Shown piece after piece: positions 48,306 to 57,096 of a stretch of DNA of 61,766 nucleotides. The stretch comes from a virus (taxonomy: Duplodnaviria; Caudoviricetes). The translations under genes were made by a program, and so were the position numbers. Every line of letters begins with the position of its first letter. The first letter of the stretch is position 1. A model generated the notes under the pieces. That model made no database searches. It was not told the DNA's origin and was given only the letters and a program-made list of their open reading frames with translations. The stretch is taken from the IMG/VR virus record IMGVR_UViG_3300043419_000690, positions 1 through 61,766 of that record; one strand, written 5' to 3'.

Positions 48306-49794
48306 GAAGGTATTTGGCCCGCCAGGCTCTGGTAAAACTACGTATCTTTTAAACGTAGTTGATCAAGAGCTTGATGCGGGTGTTTCTACAGGAAGAATTG
48401 GGTACTTTTCTTTCACCAGAAAGGCTGCCAACGAAGCACGCGATAGAGCAATTGCAAAGTTCCCTGCATTAAATGAGAAGACAGACTTCCCTTACTTCCG
48501 TACATTGCATAGCCTTGCATTCAGATGCCTTAGCGTTAAAACAGATGACATGATGCAAGCTGAACACTATCATGAGTTTGCACATGAGACAGGCATTCAA
48601 TTAGAAATTAATAGAGATGATGAGGAAGGTTATGCAAAAGCCGACAACCCGATACTTAATGAAATTAATCTCGCAAGGATCAGAGGATCAGACCTGCGTA
48701 CTCATTACAACAATAGTGGACTCGACATCGAGTGGCACCACTTTGAATTTGTCGAGCGCTCATACAGGCACTACAAAACCTCTCGTAACCTCTTGGACTT
48801 TACCGACCTCCTCGAAATGGTCGTACTGGACAAAGGACGGTTGCCACAGTTGGATGTACTCATTATCGACGAAGCACAAGACCTATCCCGACTTCAATGG
48901 GGATTGGTGTATGAATTGGTTGGCAAATCAAAACGCGTCTACATCGCAGGCGACGACGACCAAGCTGTCTTCACTTGGGCAGGTGCCGACGTAAAAAGTT
49001 TTTTAGAATTTCAAGGAGACATTCATGTCTTGCAGCAGTCTTATCGAGTCCCAGCAACAGTGCACACCCTTGCAAATTCTATTGTGCGACGAATCAGGAA
49101 CCGTCAGAGTAAAGACTGGAAGCCAAGAGACTATCTTGGAGCAGTCAGACAGTATCGCCGTTTCGAAGACATACCAGTTGACGATGGAGAATGGCTCTTC
49201 CTTGCCAGTACAAATTACATGCTTAATCCAGTACATGAATGGCTCAAAGGGAATGGAGTGCTTTTTGAACGTAACGGCATTCCAAGTATCTCAACCCAAA
49301 TGATTAAAGCTGTGATGGACTGGGAGAAGCTACGCAAAGGACAAGCGTTAGGTTTGAATGATATACAAAGTATCTACAAGTACCTCGGAGCGAGCTGCGT
49401 GGCTCGGGGCTTTAAAACATTTAAAGGAGATATCGATGTCATCGAATACACCTTGGCAGATTTACAGCGAAGCTACGGCTTACTCACTGATGCAGTTTGG
49501 TATGACGCTTTGGATAGAATCAGCGAAGATAAACGCGAGTATCTTAGAGCCATACTTCGCAGAGGTTTTAAAATATCAGCAGCTAGTCGCATCAGGCTAT
49601 CAACCATTCATGGCGCAAAAGGCGGAGAAGCAGACAACGTCGTAGTCATGATGGACTTGTCCCCAAAGTTTGCTAAAGAATACGCATTAGATTCAGACAA
49701 TATAAATCGACTGCTATACGTTGCAGTAACACGAACCAAGAAAACGCTCCATTTAGTTCTACCAAAACATCAAGACAAAGGATTCAGGCTGTGA
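48289..49794 (+). CDS. UvrD/Rep-like SF1 helicase
   Basis: GPPGSGKT, IDEAQD, GDDDQA, STIHGAKGGE, LYVAVTR. Confidence 0.93.
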   Translation: MNSTIKKVFGPPGSGKTTYLLNVVDQELDAGVSTGRIGYFSFTRKAANEARDRAIAKFPALNEKTDFPYFRTLHSLAFRCLSVKTDDMMQAEHYHEFAHETGIQLEINRDDEEGYAKADNPILNEINLARIRGSDLRTHYNNSGLDIEWHHFEFVERSYRHYKTSRNLLDFTDLLEMVVLDKGRLPQLDVLIIDEAQDLSRLQWGLVYELVGKSKRVYIAGDDDQAVFTWAGADVKSFLEFQGDIHVLQQSYRVPATVHTLANSIVRRIRNRQSKDWKPRDYLGAVRQYRRFEDIPVDDGEWLFLASTNYMLNPVHEWLKGNGVLFERNGIPSISTQMIKAVMDWEKLRKGQALGLNDIQSIYKYLGASCVARGFKTFKGDIDVIEYTLADLQRSYGLLTDAVWYDALDRISEDKREYLRAILRRGFKISAASRIRLSTIHGAKGGEADNVVVMMDLSPKFAKEYALDSDNINRLLYVAVTRTKKTLHLVLPKHQDKGFRL

Positions 49795-51656
49795 GTACCA
49801 TACCGATGTTCCCTACCCCATCTGATTGGGTAGCACCAGATAGCTTTCCAAACTTATCTAACGCAAAGGAGATTGCAATTGACCTCGAAACATGTGACCC
49901 CAATATGGAATCTATGGGCCCTGGGTGGCCTCGTGGTGACGGTTTTGTTGTTGGCTACGCTATTGCTGTCGACGGGTGGTCTGGGTATTTTCCCATCGCT
50001 CATGCTGGTGGTGGGAATCTGGATAAGCGGCTTGTCCACAGGTGGCTTACTGATGTCCTTAAAACGCCCGCAGACAAAATCATGCATAACGCTGCCTATG
50101 ATCTCGGATGGTTACGAGCAAGCGGGTTCACTGTCAACGGACGCATCATCGACACCATGCTCGCCGCCCCCCTCATCGACGAAAACCGCTTCTCGTTCTC
50201 GCTCAACTCGCTCGGCTTCGACTACCTCAAAGAAATCAAATCAGAGCAAGGCCTAAAGCAAGCAGCCGCTGACTTCGGTGTCCACCCAAAGAAAGAACTC
50301 TGGAAGCTGCCCGCCATGTACGTGGGCAACTACGCAGAGCAAGATGCAGCACTCACCTTAAAGCTGTGGCACTACTTTCAAGTAAAGCTGCGCCAAGATA
50401 ACGTCGAATCCATCTTCGACCTAGAGACGCGCCTCTTCCCTGTCCTACAAGGGATCACTGAACGAGGTATAAGGTTCGACCGCAATCGCTGCGAGCAAAC
50501 CATTGACCAACTCGTCAAGCGTGAGAAACAGCTTCTGCAGGAGCTCAAATCAGCCACTGGTAAGCCCGTAGACATTTGGGCAGCCGCAAGTATCGCCACT
50601 GCGTTTGACACGCTAGGAGTGGCCTATCCGCGAACCGAGGCGGGTGCTCCAAGCTTTACCAAGACCTTCTTAGAAGAATGCCCGCACGCGATAGGTAAAA
50701 CAATCATCGAGGCTCGCGAGACAAATAAGACGCACAGCACCTTCCTGCGCCCTTACCTCGAGTTCTCTGCTAAAGATGGACGTATCCATCCACACATCAA
50801 TCAAATGCGCTCGGATGATGGCGGCACCGTCACAGGACGGCTGTCCATGGCCAATCCAAACCTGCAGCAGGTACCCGCACGCCACGAGATAATCGGACCG
50901 ATGGTACGCGGCCTCTTCCTACCAGAAGAAGGCGAGCTGTGGGCATCAAACGACTTCTCTTCACAAGAACCACGCCTACTCGTTCATTACGCGAGTCTCC
51001 TGCAATTGCCGGGGGCTGATGAAATGGTCGAGGCTTACCGCTCTAACCCAGACACCGACTTCCACCAAATGGTCGCCGACATGGCTAAGATTAAACGTAA
51101 GCAAGCTAAAACAATCGGCTTAGGTCTAATGTACGGTATGGGTAAAGGCAAACTTGCCAATCAATTAGATTTATCCATCGAAGAAGCAAGCTCATTGATT
51201 GATCAATTCCACAAAAACGTACCGTTTCTTAAAGGCACAGTGAACGCGATCATGCGTCAGATTGAAAAGCCTGTCACCAACGGCGCGATACGAACCCTCT
51301 TAGGTCGTAAGTGCCGCTTCCCTCTCTGGGAGCCAACCACGTGGGGTGTCAACAAGGCGCTACCCTACGAGCAAGCCTTGGTTGAATACGGTAGCCAGAT
51401 CAAACGCGCAGGCACCTACAAGGGCTTAAATCGTTTAATTCAAGGCTCTGCAGCAGACCAGACCAAAGCAGCAATGATCGCGCTTCACGAATCAGGTGAG
51501 AACCTACTCCTGCAGGTGCATGATGAAGTTGTCTTGAGTGTCAAGAATCGTGCGCAAGCTGAACGCGCTGCGGAGATCATGGTTCACGCGACAGAGCTGG
51601 TGATCCCTACACGTGTGGATGTTGAAGTGGGAGAGAACTGGGGAAGTGCGAAGTAA
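49791..51656 (+). CDS. polA: Family A DNA polymerase with 3'-5' exonuclease
   Basis: IDLET, HNAAYD, TGRLS..NPNLQQ, DFSSQEPR, KTIGLGLMYG, QVHDE. Confidence 0.95.
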   Translation: MSTIPMFPTPSDWVAPDSFPNLSNAKEIAIDLETCDPNMESMGPGWPRGDGFVVGYAIAVDGWSGYFPIAHAGGGNLDKRLVHRWLTDVLKTPADKIMHNAAYDLGWLRASGFTVNGRIIDTMLAAPLIDENRFSFSLNSLGFDYLKEIKSEQGLKQAAADFGVHPKKELWKLPAMYVGNYAEQDAALTLKLWHYFQVKLRQDNVESIFDLETRLFPVLQGITERGIRFDRNRCEQTIDQLVKREKQLLQELKSATGKPVDIWAAASIATAFDTLGVAYPRTEAGAPSFTKTFLEECPHAIGKTIIEARETNKTHSTFLRPYLEFSAKDGRIHPHINQMRSDDGGTVTGRLSMANPNLQQVPARHEIIGPMVRGLFLPEEGELWASNDFSSQEPRLLVHYASLLQLPGADEMVEAYRSNPDTDFHQMVADMAKIKRKQAKTIGLGLMYGMGKGKLANQLDLSIEEASSLIDQFHKNVPFLKGTVNAIMRQIEKPVTNGAIRTLLGRKCRFPLWEPTTWGVNKALPYEQALVEYGSQIKRAGTYKGLNRLIQGSAADQTKAAMIALHESGENLLLQVHDEVVLSVKNRAQAERAAEIMVHATELVIPTRVDVEVGENWGSAK

Positions 51657-51681
51657 AAAAAAGGAGTCCATTGCGGACTCC
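51655..51681 (-). terminator. Rho-independent terminator for the minus-strand unit
   Basis: GGAGTCC-5 nt-GGACTCC with T8 on the minus strand. Confidence 0.8.
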
Positions 51682-51696
51682 CAAAGGAAAGCATCA

Positions 51697-51894
51697 TTAT
51701 TTAAACATCTTTTCCTTAATACTGCTTGGAATCTTCGGCTTGGGGCACCACCCCAAGCAATCATCTGTCCACGTACCAACAATTAACACACCCCCAGGAT
51801 TTAGCAATAGCAAGCTTGCAGACTTCGGTGGTGGATGAATATCAGGATCGCGGAACCATAACTCATCCGTAGTTGGTTGAATAAACTCTGTCAT
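51697..51894 (-). CDS. Small hypothetical protein
   Basis: PPPKSASLLLLNPGGV..WCPKPK; coupled operon. Confidence 0.65.
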   Translation of the reverse strand: MTEFIQPTTDELWFRDPDIHPPPKSASLLLLNPGGVLIVGTWTDDCLGWCPKPKIPSSIKEKMFK

Positions 51895-52007
51895 TAGAAT
51901 CCTTTGTGCTCAATCAGGTACCAAACCCCTATAGCAAGAGCTGCGAAAATAAGACCCATACCAAAAAGTAAACCACTAAAAAACATAAGAGCTTGAAGTA
52001 CATTCAT
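51894..52007 (-). CDS. Small membrane protein (37 aa, not in the track)
   Basis: MNVLQALMFFSGLLFGMGLIFAALAIGVWYLIEHKGF; overlaps both neighbours. Confidence 0.55.
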   Translation of the reverse strand: MNVLQALMFFSGLLFGMGLIFAALAIGVWYLIEHKGF

Positions 52008-52228
52008 CTTTCCCTCGCCATCTCCCGTATCTCATCAATTGAGAGCTCGGTCTTATCATAAATATTTAAAATCAAATACGGTGGTATGCCGCAATCACCG
52101 TGCCTCACGCGACTAATTACTGGGGATGAAGAGTTGAGGAACTTGGCCAACGCGACATCATTATGCAAGCGGTACTCTTTTCGAATGAAGTCGAACAACC
52201 TATTTGGCTTGTTCACTTCCATGTGCAT
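52004..52228 (-). CDS. XRE/Cro-like HTH protein, copy 1
   Basis: NDVALAKFLNSSSPVISRVRHG; start uncertain. Confidence 0.7.
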   Translation of the reverse strand: MHMEVNKPNRLFDFIRKEYRLHNDVALAKFLNSSSPVISRVRHGDCGIPPYLILNIYDKTELSIDEIREMARER

Positions 52229-52388
52229 TATCTTCATCTTTCTTTTCCATTTCAGCTTCAACTATTGCTTTTGCATAACTATGTAAATTGATACCTAATG
52301 CTTCCGCAAGTCTAATTTGACTTTTTGTCATAACAGTCTCGTGTATCTTGGTACCGTCCGACTTGCGTACTATAATTTTCTTATTCAT
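52200..52388 (-). CDS. Small hypothetical protein
   Basis: MTKSQIRLAEALGINLHSYAK, similar to the scaffold C-terminal motif. Confidence 0.55.
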   Translation of the reverse strand: MNKKIIVRKSDGTKIHETVMTKSQIRLAEALGINLHSYAKAIVEAEMEKKDEDNAHGSEQAK

Positions 52389-52621
52389 TTTCCGCATATT
52401 CTTTTTTTCGCCTCCACTAGGTTAGTATCCGACCACCACTTGACGCACATGTCATCCGTTTGCTTTTGAGTTAGCTCTATTGCAGGTGGAGTCCTCTCTG
52501 GAAATGCATTCCATAGCCATATACCGTATCTAAGCATAAGAACCGCAAGCGTCGTACATAGGAACACACCCACCGCTGCATACAAAATTGCTTGGTACAA
52601 AAGTTTATAATCTTCTTTCAT
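52385..52621 (-). CDS. Membrane-anchored hypothetical protein
   Basis: TM helix; CVKWW..AKKRICGK. Confidence 0.6.
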   Translation of the reverse strand: MKEDYKLLYQAILYAAVGVFLCTTLAVLMLRYGIWLWNAFPERTPPAIELTQKQTDDMCVKWWSDTNLVEAKKRICGK

Positions 52622-52830
52622 GTGTTCTTCTCCTTTAGCTTTGCTTCTATAGCTTTAGCGTATTGCTCATGGTCGGGACACCAATCAACTTTATTCCACT
52701 CTACGTCATCAAAACAACGCTGTCTTTCTTCATCCGTCAGTCCTACCCATTCTTTCTTTGGTTGCGCTTCTTCTAGCTTTGCTAACCTTGTCGTTATGTT
52801 GTGTAGTATTTCTTGTAGGTACGGGTTCAT
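52618..52830 (-). CDS. WVGLTDEE-type small protein, copy 1
   Basis: KKEWVGLTDEE..AIEAKLKEKNT. Confidence 0.7.
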   Translation of the reverse strand: MNPYLQEILHNITTRLAKLEEAQPKKEWVGLTDEERQRCFDDVEWNKVDWCPDHEQYAKAIEAKLKEKNT

Positions 52831-53051
52831 GTGTTCCTCTCCTTTAGCTTTGCTTCTATGGCTCTAGCAAACTTAGCAAGCAACGGAATTTCAACGTGAT
52901 GTAGTCCATCAAACACTGTCAACATTCCAACTTCCTCATCCGTCAGCCCTACCCATTCTTTCTTTTCTTTGAATAGTCTAGTAGAGAGTACCTCTTTAAA
53001 TTCATCCTCTATTTTCTTTATATCTTCGGGGGTATGCGTTCTACTTGTCAT
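52827..53051 (-). CDS. WVGLTDEE-type small protein, copy 2
   Basis: KKEWVGLTDEE..AIEAKLKERNT. Confidence 0.7.
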   Translation of the reverse strand: MTSRTHTPEDIKKIEDEFKEVLSTRLFKEKKEWVGLTDEEVGMLTVFDGLHHVEIPLLAKFARAIEAKLKERNT

Positions 53052-53251
53052 AACTCTTGCCCCATATCTTCTGCTGCTTTGTTTAGGTTTGTTAGTGCTT
53101 CGCTTCTGCCCCTTGCTGCGATTTCATGAACAACCTTTTGTCCAAATCGCTCCAAAAGATTACCAATGAGATGCCCATTTGTATTTAAATACTTGTCTAT
53201 ACCCGCCTCACAAGCAATACGAATAAAATCGTCCCTAGTTAAATACGTCAT
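53048..53251 (-). CDS. Small hypothetical protein
   Basis: ATGA-coupled; TRDDFIRIACEAG. Confidence 0.6.
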   Translation of the reverse strand: MTYLTRDDFIRIACEAGIDKYLNTNGHLIGNLLERFGQKVVHEIAARGRSEALTNLNKAAEDMGQEL

Positions 53252-53400
53252 GCCTTCCCCCTATAAACATCGTGCAATGCTTGCGACATCTTCTGCGCGG
53301 CTTTTGCGATGGTCATCATCACATCATTAACGTAGTATGAAAATGGTCTGTTGTTCTTAACATTTGCATACAATAGCTTTTTATGTTTGCGTAGTTTCAT
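53248..53400 (-). CDS. Small hypothetical protein
   Basis: MKLRKHKK start overlapping the upstream stop. Confidence 0.5.
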   Translation of the reverse strand: MKLRKHKKLLYANVKNNRPFSYYVNDVMMTIAKAAQKMSQALHDVYRGKA

Positions 53401-53672
53401 GGCTCTACCCTCACAGATAATCGCTTTGCTTTGGTCTTCCTTGCCACATCGCGGTTCGGGCATAACAACTCAATCCGATCAAAAGGCCACCCAGTCGCCT
53501 TATGCACAGTGATTAATATCTGCGGACTCACATTGTGGATACCATGACGTATCTTTGCCAAAGCACTCGGTAATATCTTCAAATGCTTCGACAAAGCCCT
53601 GTCCGAATCAAAGCCCCAATGCGCACGCAACGCGTCCAGCAACGGATGTTTTAGTTCTACTTCACGCGTCAT
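53397..53672 (-). CDS. XRE/Cro-like HTH protein, copy 2
   Basis: LLDALR..SDRALSKHLKILPSALAKIRHG. Confidence 0.7.
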   Translation of the reverse strand: MTREVELKHPLLDALRAHWGFDSDRALSKHLKILPSALAKIRHGIHNVSPQILITVHKATGWPFDRIELLCPNRDVARKTKAKRLSVRVEP

Positions 53673-53922
53673 TAAATACTCCTATTATTAAAAGAAAAAC
53701 TAAAAGAACCGCAGGTATCGTCAAAACCACCCATACAAAGGTTTCAAACAAACTGATAGGGTTTTGTACCTCCTCAGCAGCAAGTAATGTCTCCTGCCAC
53801 TCAAGTTCCTCCTCCGAATACTCGCGGCTCTCGGTTTTATAAAAATTAGCGCCAATGACGGGCGGCTGCTCGCGGATGAATTTACCGTCCTTCAACATCA
53901 TGACCCCGCAATCCCGCGCCAT
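53662..53922 (-). CDS. Membrane protein
   Basis: C-terminal TM helix; start may be ~53901. Confidence 0.6.
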   Translation of the reverse strand: MARDCGVMMLKDGKFIREQPPVIGANFYKTESREYSEEELEWQETLLAAEEVQNPISLFETFVWVVLTIPAVLLVFLLIIGVFNDA

Positions 53923-54185
53923 GGCAATTCACCCACTTCCCAAGCCGTCTCCGTCTCGCGACTCTTGTAAGCGCCATCAATCGAAGCGCAAATCCAACCC
54001 CAACGCTTACCATCCCAATACGAATAAAAACGATAATTCCCCGCTATACGAGCCATACGGATCATCATTTGACGCTCTTCATGACTTAATTGGGAATGGG
54101 GATTGACCTCATACACCCCGTAGCGGACAGGCACGTCCTCGTATCTAAACCACTGCGTTACCTCTATCTTCTTTAATTTAGCCAT
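53898..54185 (-). CDS. Hypothetical protein
   Basis: TQWF..PVRYGVYEV..YSYWDGKRW..WRG; GGAG SD before ATG 54185. Confidence 0.65.
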   Translation of the reverse strand: MAKLKKIEVTQWFRYEDVPVRYGVYEVNPHSQLSHEERQMMIRMARIAGNYRFYSYWDGKRWGWICASIDGAYKSRETETAWEVGELPWRGIAGS

Positions 54186-54325
54186 AGGAAGACTCCATGA
54201 AGAATACCAATAGGAAAGAATATTGCTCCAGCGATAAGAAAACCCCATAAACCCCCCGCAAAACAAGCAAAAATATGCGTTAACCACGCGAAAATGCATA
54301 ATAAACCCGTAATCCACCATCCCAT
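54173..54325 (-). CDS. Small membrane protein (50 aa, not in the track)
   Basis: AAGGAG SD; MGWWITGLLCIFAWLTHIFACFAGGLWGFLIAGAIFFPIGILHGVFLWLN. Confidence 0.7.
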   Translation of the reverse strand: MGWWITGLLCIFAWLTHIFACFAGGLWGFLIAGAIFFPIGILHGVFLWLN

Positions 54326-54326
54326 G

Positions 54327-54521
54327 TCACTCTCCTTCAGGAAAATTTAAATCGTCAACCATCCCACACGCAGGGCAGTAACATAATGAACCACCCTCCG
54401 CGTCCCAAGGATCACGACCGTACGGCACGTCATCCGCGGCTCCCTGCCATCCACACTCACTACAAAAAACCGGACTAGTGGGTGTTTGCTTCTTTGTCTT
54501 CTGTATAGTCAGCATAAACAA
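54327..54521 (-). CDS. Zn-ribbon protein
   Basis: CSEC...CPAC; start uncertain. Confidence 0.55.
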   Translation of the reverse strand: MFMLTIQKTKKQTPTSPVFCSECGWQGAADDVPYGRDPWDAEGGSLCYCPACGMVDDLNFPEGE

Positions 54522-54705
54522 TCTCCATTGTCTGTTTGAAACTATTTAATAAATCTGGTTGTTCAATATGTAACTTTGCCGCCATTAAAGCCAACGCAGT
54601 CGCAAAAGCACCCATCGCAATCGGTATGTCCACATCGTTTTCACGCATGTAACTAAACAAATCATGCGCTACATGCAAAATGTTCTGACTCTCTTCTTTG
54701 TTCAT
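54475..54705 (-). CDS. Small hypothetical protein
   Basis: GGAG SD; coupled operon. Confidence 0.6.
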   Translation of the reverse strand: MNKEESQNILHVAHDLFSYMRENDVDIPIAMGAFATALALMAAKLHIEQPDLLNSFKQTMEIVYADYTEDKEANTH

Positions 54706-54881
54706 TTACTGTCTCCATTAGTCTCTGCCACCATTTCAATTAATTCCTTTTGCAACAAACTGCGCATTTCATTCGAATGCTTATATCCTTCCGAGTCCTG
54801 CTCATCGCGTGCCGCGTAAATAGCACAATCATTGCTGTATTCAATGAACGATAATAAGGTGTGAAGTTGGTATTTTGTCAT
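54702..54881 (-). CDS. Small hypothetical protein, first gene of the minus-strand operon
   Basis: AGAAAGGGAGAAAG leader before ATG 54881. Confidence 0.6.
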   Translation of the reverse strand: MTKYQLHTLLSFIEYSNDCAIYAARDEQDSEGYKHSNEMRSLLQKELIEMVAETNGDSK

Positions 54882-54964
54882 TGCTTTCTCCCTTTCTTTA
54901 CGGTTTGTGTGCACAGTTTGTTTCTGTGTGGGATGATAGTACGTTACGGTTTGGGTAGTGTCAA
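54882..54964 (-). promoter_or_regulatory. Sigma70 promoter plus 5' hairpin plus RBS
   Basis: TTGACA-17 bp-TACTAT; CACAG/CTGTG stem. Confidence 0.75.
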
Positions 54965-54996
54965 GGGGATTTATACGAGAACCGCGGCTCGGGGCT

Positions 54997-55291
54997 TATA
55001 TTTAAAAGTTATATAAAAGCGGGTTTTCATACTTTTTCAAGAACCTATAGAGAAAATCTGGTGAAAAAAAAAAATTGAAACATGAAATCATCCGGAAATG
55101 GTAAAATAGACGTAATAGGTGTAAGAAGTGAATAAAATCAATGAGTTAAAAATTACTGTTGTCAATATGAATAGCGTAATATTACAGTAGTATAGTGTAA
55201 GGAATTCATTTTTTCAGGGGGGTTCCGCGAGAACGTTTTTTGTTTTTCTTTTTTCACTACTACCCCTATTTATCTCTATAGGAACCAAAAA
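54997..55291. other. Putative replication origin
   Basis: AT-rich; inverted arms; IHF consensus 55136-55148; GTAA repeats; apparent GC-skew switch. Confidence 0.6.
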
Positions 55292-55507
55292 ATGCCAATA
55301 TTGCAAGGAATCTTATTCCCAGAAAAAAACAATCGATATAAGTATCCTTTTGATAACTTGAAGATATCAGAGGGTTTTGTTTTGCTTCATCCTGAAACAA
55401 AAGATAGTGCACGAAGGTCTGCAGATAGATATTGCAAATTAAACAAGGGATGGAAGTATTCTATTGTTGGGCATGATCAAGGGTGGTTCTTTGTGCGGAC
55501 AGCTTGA
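55292..55507 (+). CDS. YPF-motif small protein, copy 1
   Basis: KYPFDNLKISEGF. Confidence 0.55.
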   Translation: MPILQGILFPEKNNRYKYPFDNLKISEGFVLLHPETKDSARRSADRYCKLNKGWKYSIVGHDQGWFFVRTA

Positions 55508-55559
55508 TTTCTTTGTTAATACTACGTACAATCTGTAGGATTAGTTAAGGGAGTTTAGT

Positions 55560-55775
55560 ATGATAAAGATTGATACGAATGTAATGCTGCCCCAGACCCG
55601 TTCTAAGTATCCTTTTGAAGAGATGGACGTGGGCGACAGTATTTTGTTTAAAGAAGAGCGCCAAGCTAATTCTGCCCGCATAGCGGCTGTTAGATTCGCT
55701 GAGAGGCATCATCCTGACTGGACGTATACTTTGCGTAAGGTCGAAGGCGGTTGGAGGCTGTGGAGGGTTAGCTGA
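55560..55775 (+). CDS. YPF-motif small protein, copy 2
   Basis: KYPFEEMDVGDSI..GGWRLWRV. Confidence 0.75.
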   Translation: MIKIDTNVMLPQTRSKYPFEEMDVGDSILFKEERQANSARIAAVRFAERHHPDWTYTLRKVEGGWRLWRVS

Positions 55776-56428
55776 TGTCTAAGAAGGACGTATGGAATGT
55801 TGCTCCGGTTCGGCTGAGTAAGACAGCCAAGCGGCTTGCTGCGCATGTTGCTCCTTTGAAAACATACAAGGAAAAGAAGCGTGTAGTAAATCCGAAGCAG
55901 TGGAAGTTTATTCAAGAGTATGTCTCTGGTGATGGGCACGTCACAATGAAAGAGGCTGCTATTCGTGCCGGATACAACGCTAAGAGCGCTTCCGTCATTG
56001 CTTGGCAGCTAACCAACCCTGAGATCAATCCGCACGTTGTAGCGGCTATACAAGAGTACAGGGCAGAGCTGGCATCAAAATACAATACGAACTATGAGCG
56101 CCATATGCGGGACTTGCAGATCATCCGCGATAAAGCTTTGGAATCTGGTGCCTATGCTGCAGCGGTACAGGCTGAATACAGGCGCGGACAGGCTTTGGGT
56201 ACCATTTATGTCGAGCGTAAAGAGATCAGGCATGGCACGATTGATTCAATGAGTAAGGAAGAGGTACAGCGCAAGCTTGAAGAGCTAAAGCGGTTGTACG
56301 GTGGTGGTGATCCTCCGCGTGCTTTGATTGATGCGCAAACAGGGGAAGTGATTGCCAGTATCGACCGCGAGCTTGATCCGCCTTTTGTGCCGCCAATAGA
56401 TATACCGGAAGATGGCGAGGAAGCCTGA
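55775..56428 (+). CDS. Probable terminase small subunit
   Basis: KQWKFIQEY..EAAIRAGY..ASVIAWQL HTH; AAVQAEYRRGQALG. Confidence 0.7.
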   Translation: MSKKDVWNVAPVRLSKTAKRLAAHVAPLKTYKEKKRVVNPKQWKFIQEYVSGDGHVTMKEAAIRAGYNAKSASVIAWQLTNPEINPHVVAAIQEYRAELASKYNTNYERHMRDLQIIRDKALESGAYAAAVQAEYRRGQALGTIYVERKEIRHGTIDSMSKEEVQRKLEELKRLYGGGDPPRALIDAQTGEVIASIDRELDPPFVPPIDIPEDGEEA

Positions 56429-56834
56429 AGCTGTCTTCTCTGATTGGATCAGAGACGGACTAATTGACGTAGACATAACCCGCGTGGAATCGCGAGCTAG
56501 TCTAGGCTTTCCTGATATGGTGATTGTGGATAAATCAGGTACGGGCAAGGTTTGCTTCCTTGAAAACAAAGTGGTACAGCGCGGACTTAAAATTGATTTG
56601 AGGCCGCATCAAGTGTCTTTTTTGTTTAGGCACTGGAAGTACGGCTGCAGCACTTTTGTTCTTGTAAAGCACTTGCCAGTAGGCAAGCGTATAGCAATGA
56701 TTAACTTGTACTCTGGCGGCCAACTGATGGAACTGCTAGAGGACGGGCTACGGGTTGATCCTATATTCAGGTACCCATCAAACGGTATGGATTGGGAGCA
56801 GTTAACTAAAACGCTATTGGGTTTAGAGAATTGA
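56412..56834 (+). CDS. Holliday junction resolvase/VRR-NUC-like nuclease
   Basis: PE..F, RVE..GFPD, FLENK, LRPHQV. Confidence 0.75.
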   Translation: MARKPEAVFSDWIRDGLIDVDITRVESRASLGFPDMVIVDKSGTGKVCFLENKVVQRGLKIDLRPHQVSFLFRHWKYGCSTFVLVKHLPVGKRIAMINLYSGGQLMELLEDGLRVDPIFRYPSNGMDWEQLTKTLLGLEN

Positions 56835-56919
56835 TAGAAAAATACAATTAGATATTCCTATACGGAACTATATAATTGTCTTCACTGGATTAGCCAGTAC
56901 ACATAGAAAGGATAGCGAA

Positions 56920-57096
56920 ATGCCAAAATTTAGAATATATGGAAGTTATAGAGTCAATTTAGTTTTAGACATTGAAGCGGATACTTTGGATGATGCGTGG
57001 GGTATAGCAAACAATGCGGACGGTGGTGATTTTACGCGCCTTCCTGATTCAGATTCAGATTGGGAAATTAATGACGTGGCAGAGGTGCAACTATGA
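56920..57096 (+). CDS. Small acidic early protein (58 aa, not in the track)
   Basis: Cassette RBS; MPKFRIYG..IEADTLDDAW. Confidence 0.7.
   Translation: MPKFRIYGSYRVNLVLDIEADTLDDAWGIANNADGGDFTRLPDSDSDWEINDVAEVQL

Noticed and set aside
606-51656. Stop-codon recoding, introns or inteins in core genes
   Set aside because: TerL, portal, MCP, helicases and PolA are full-length and of normal size under the standard code.
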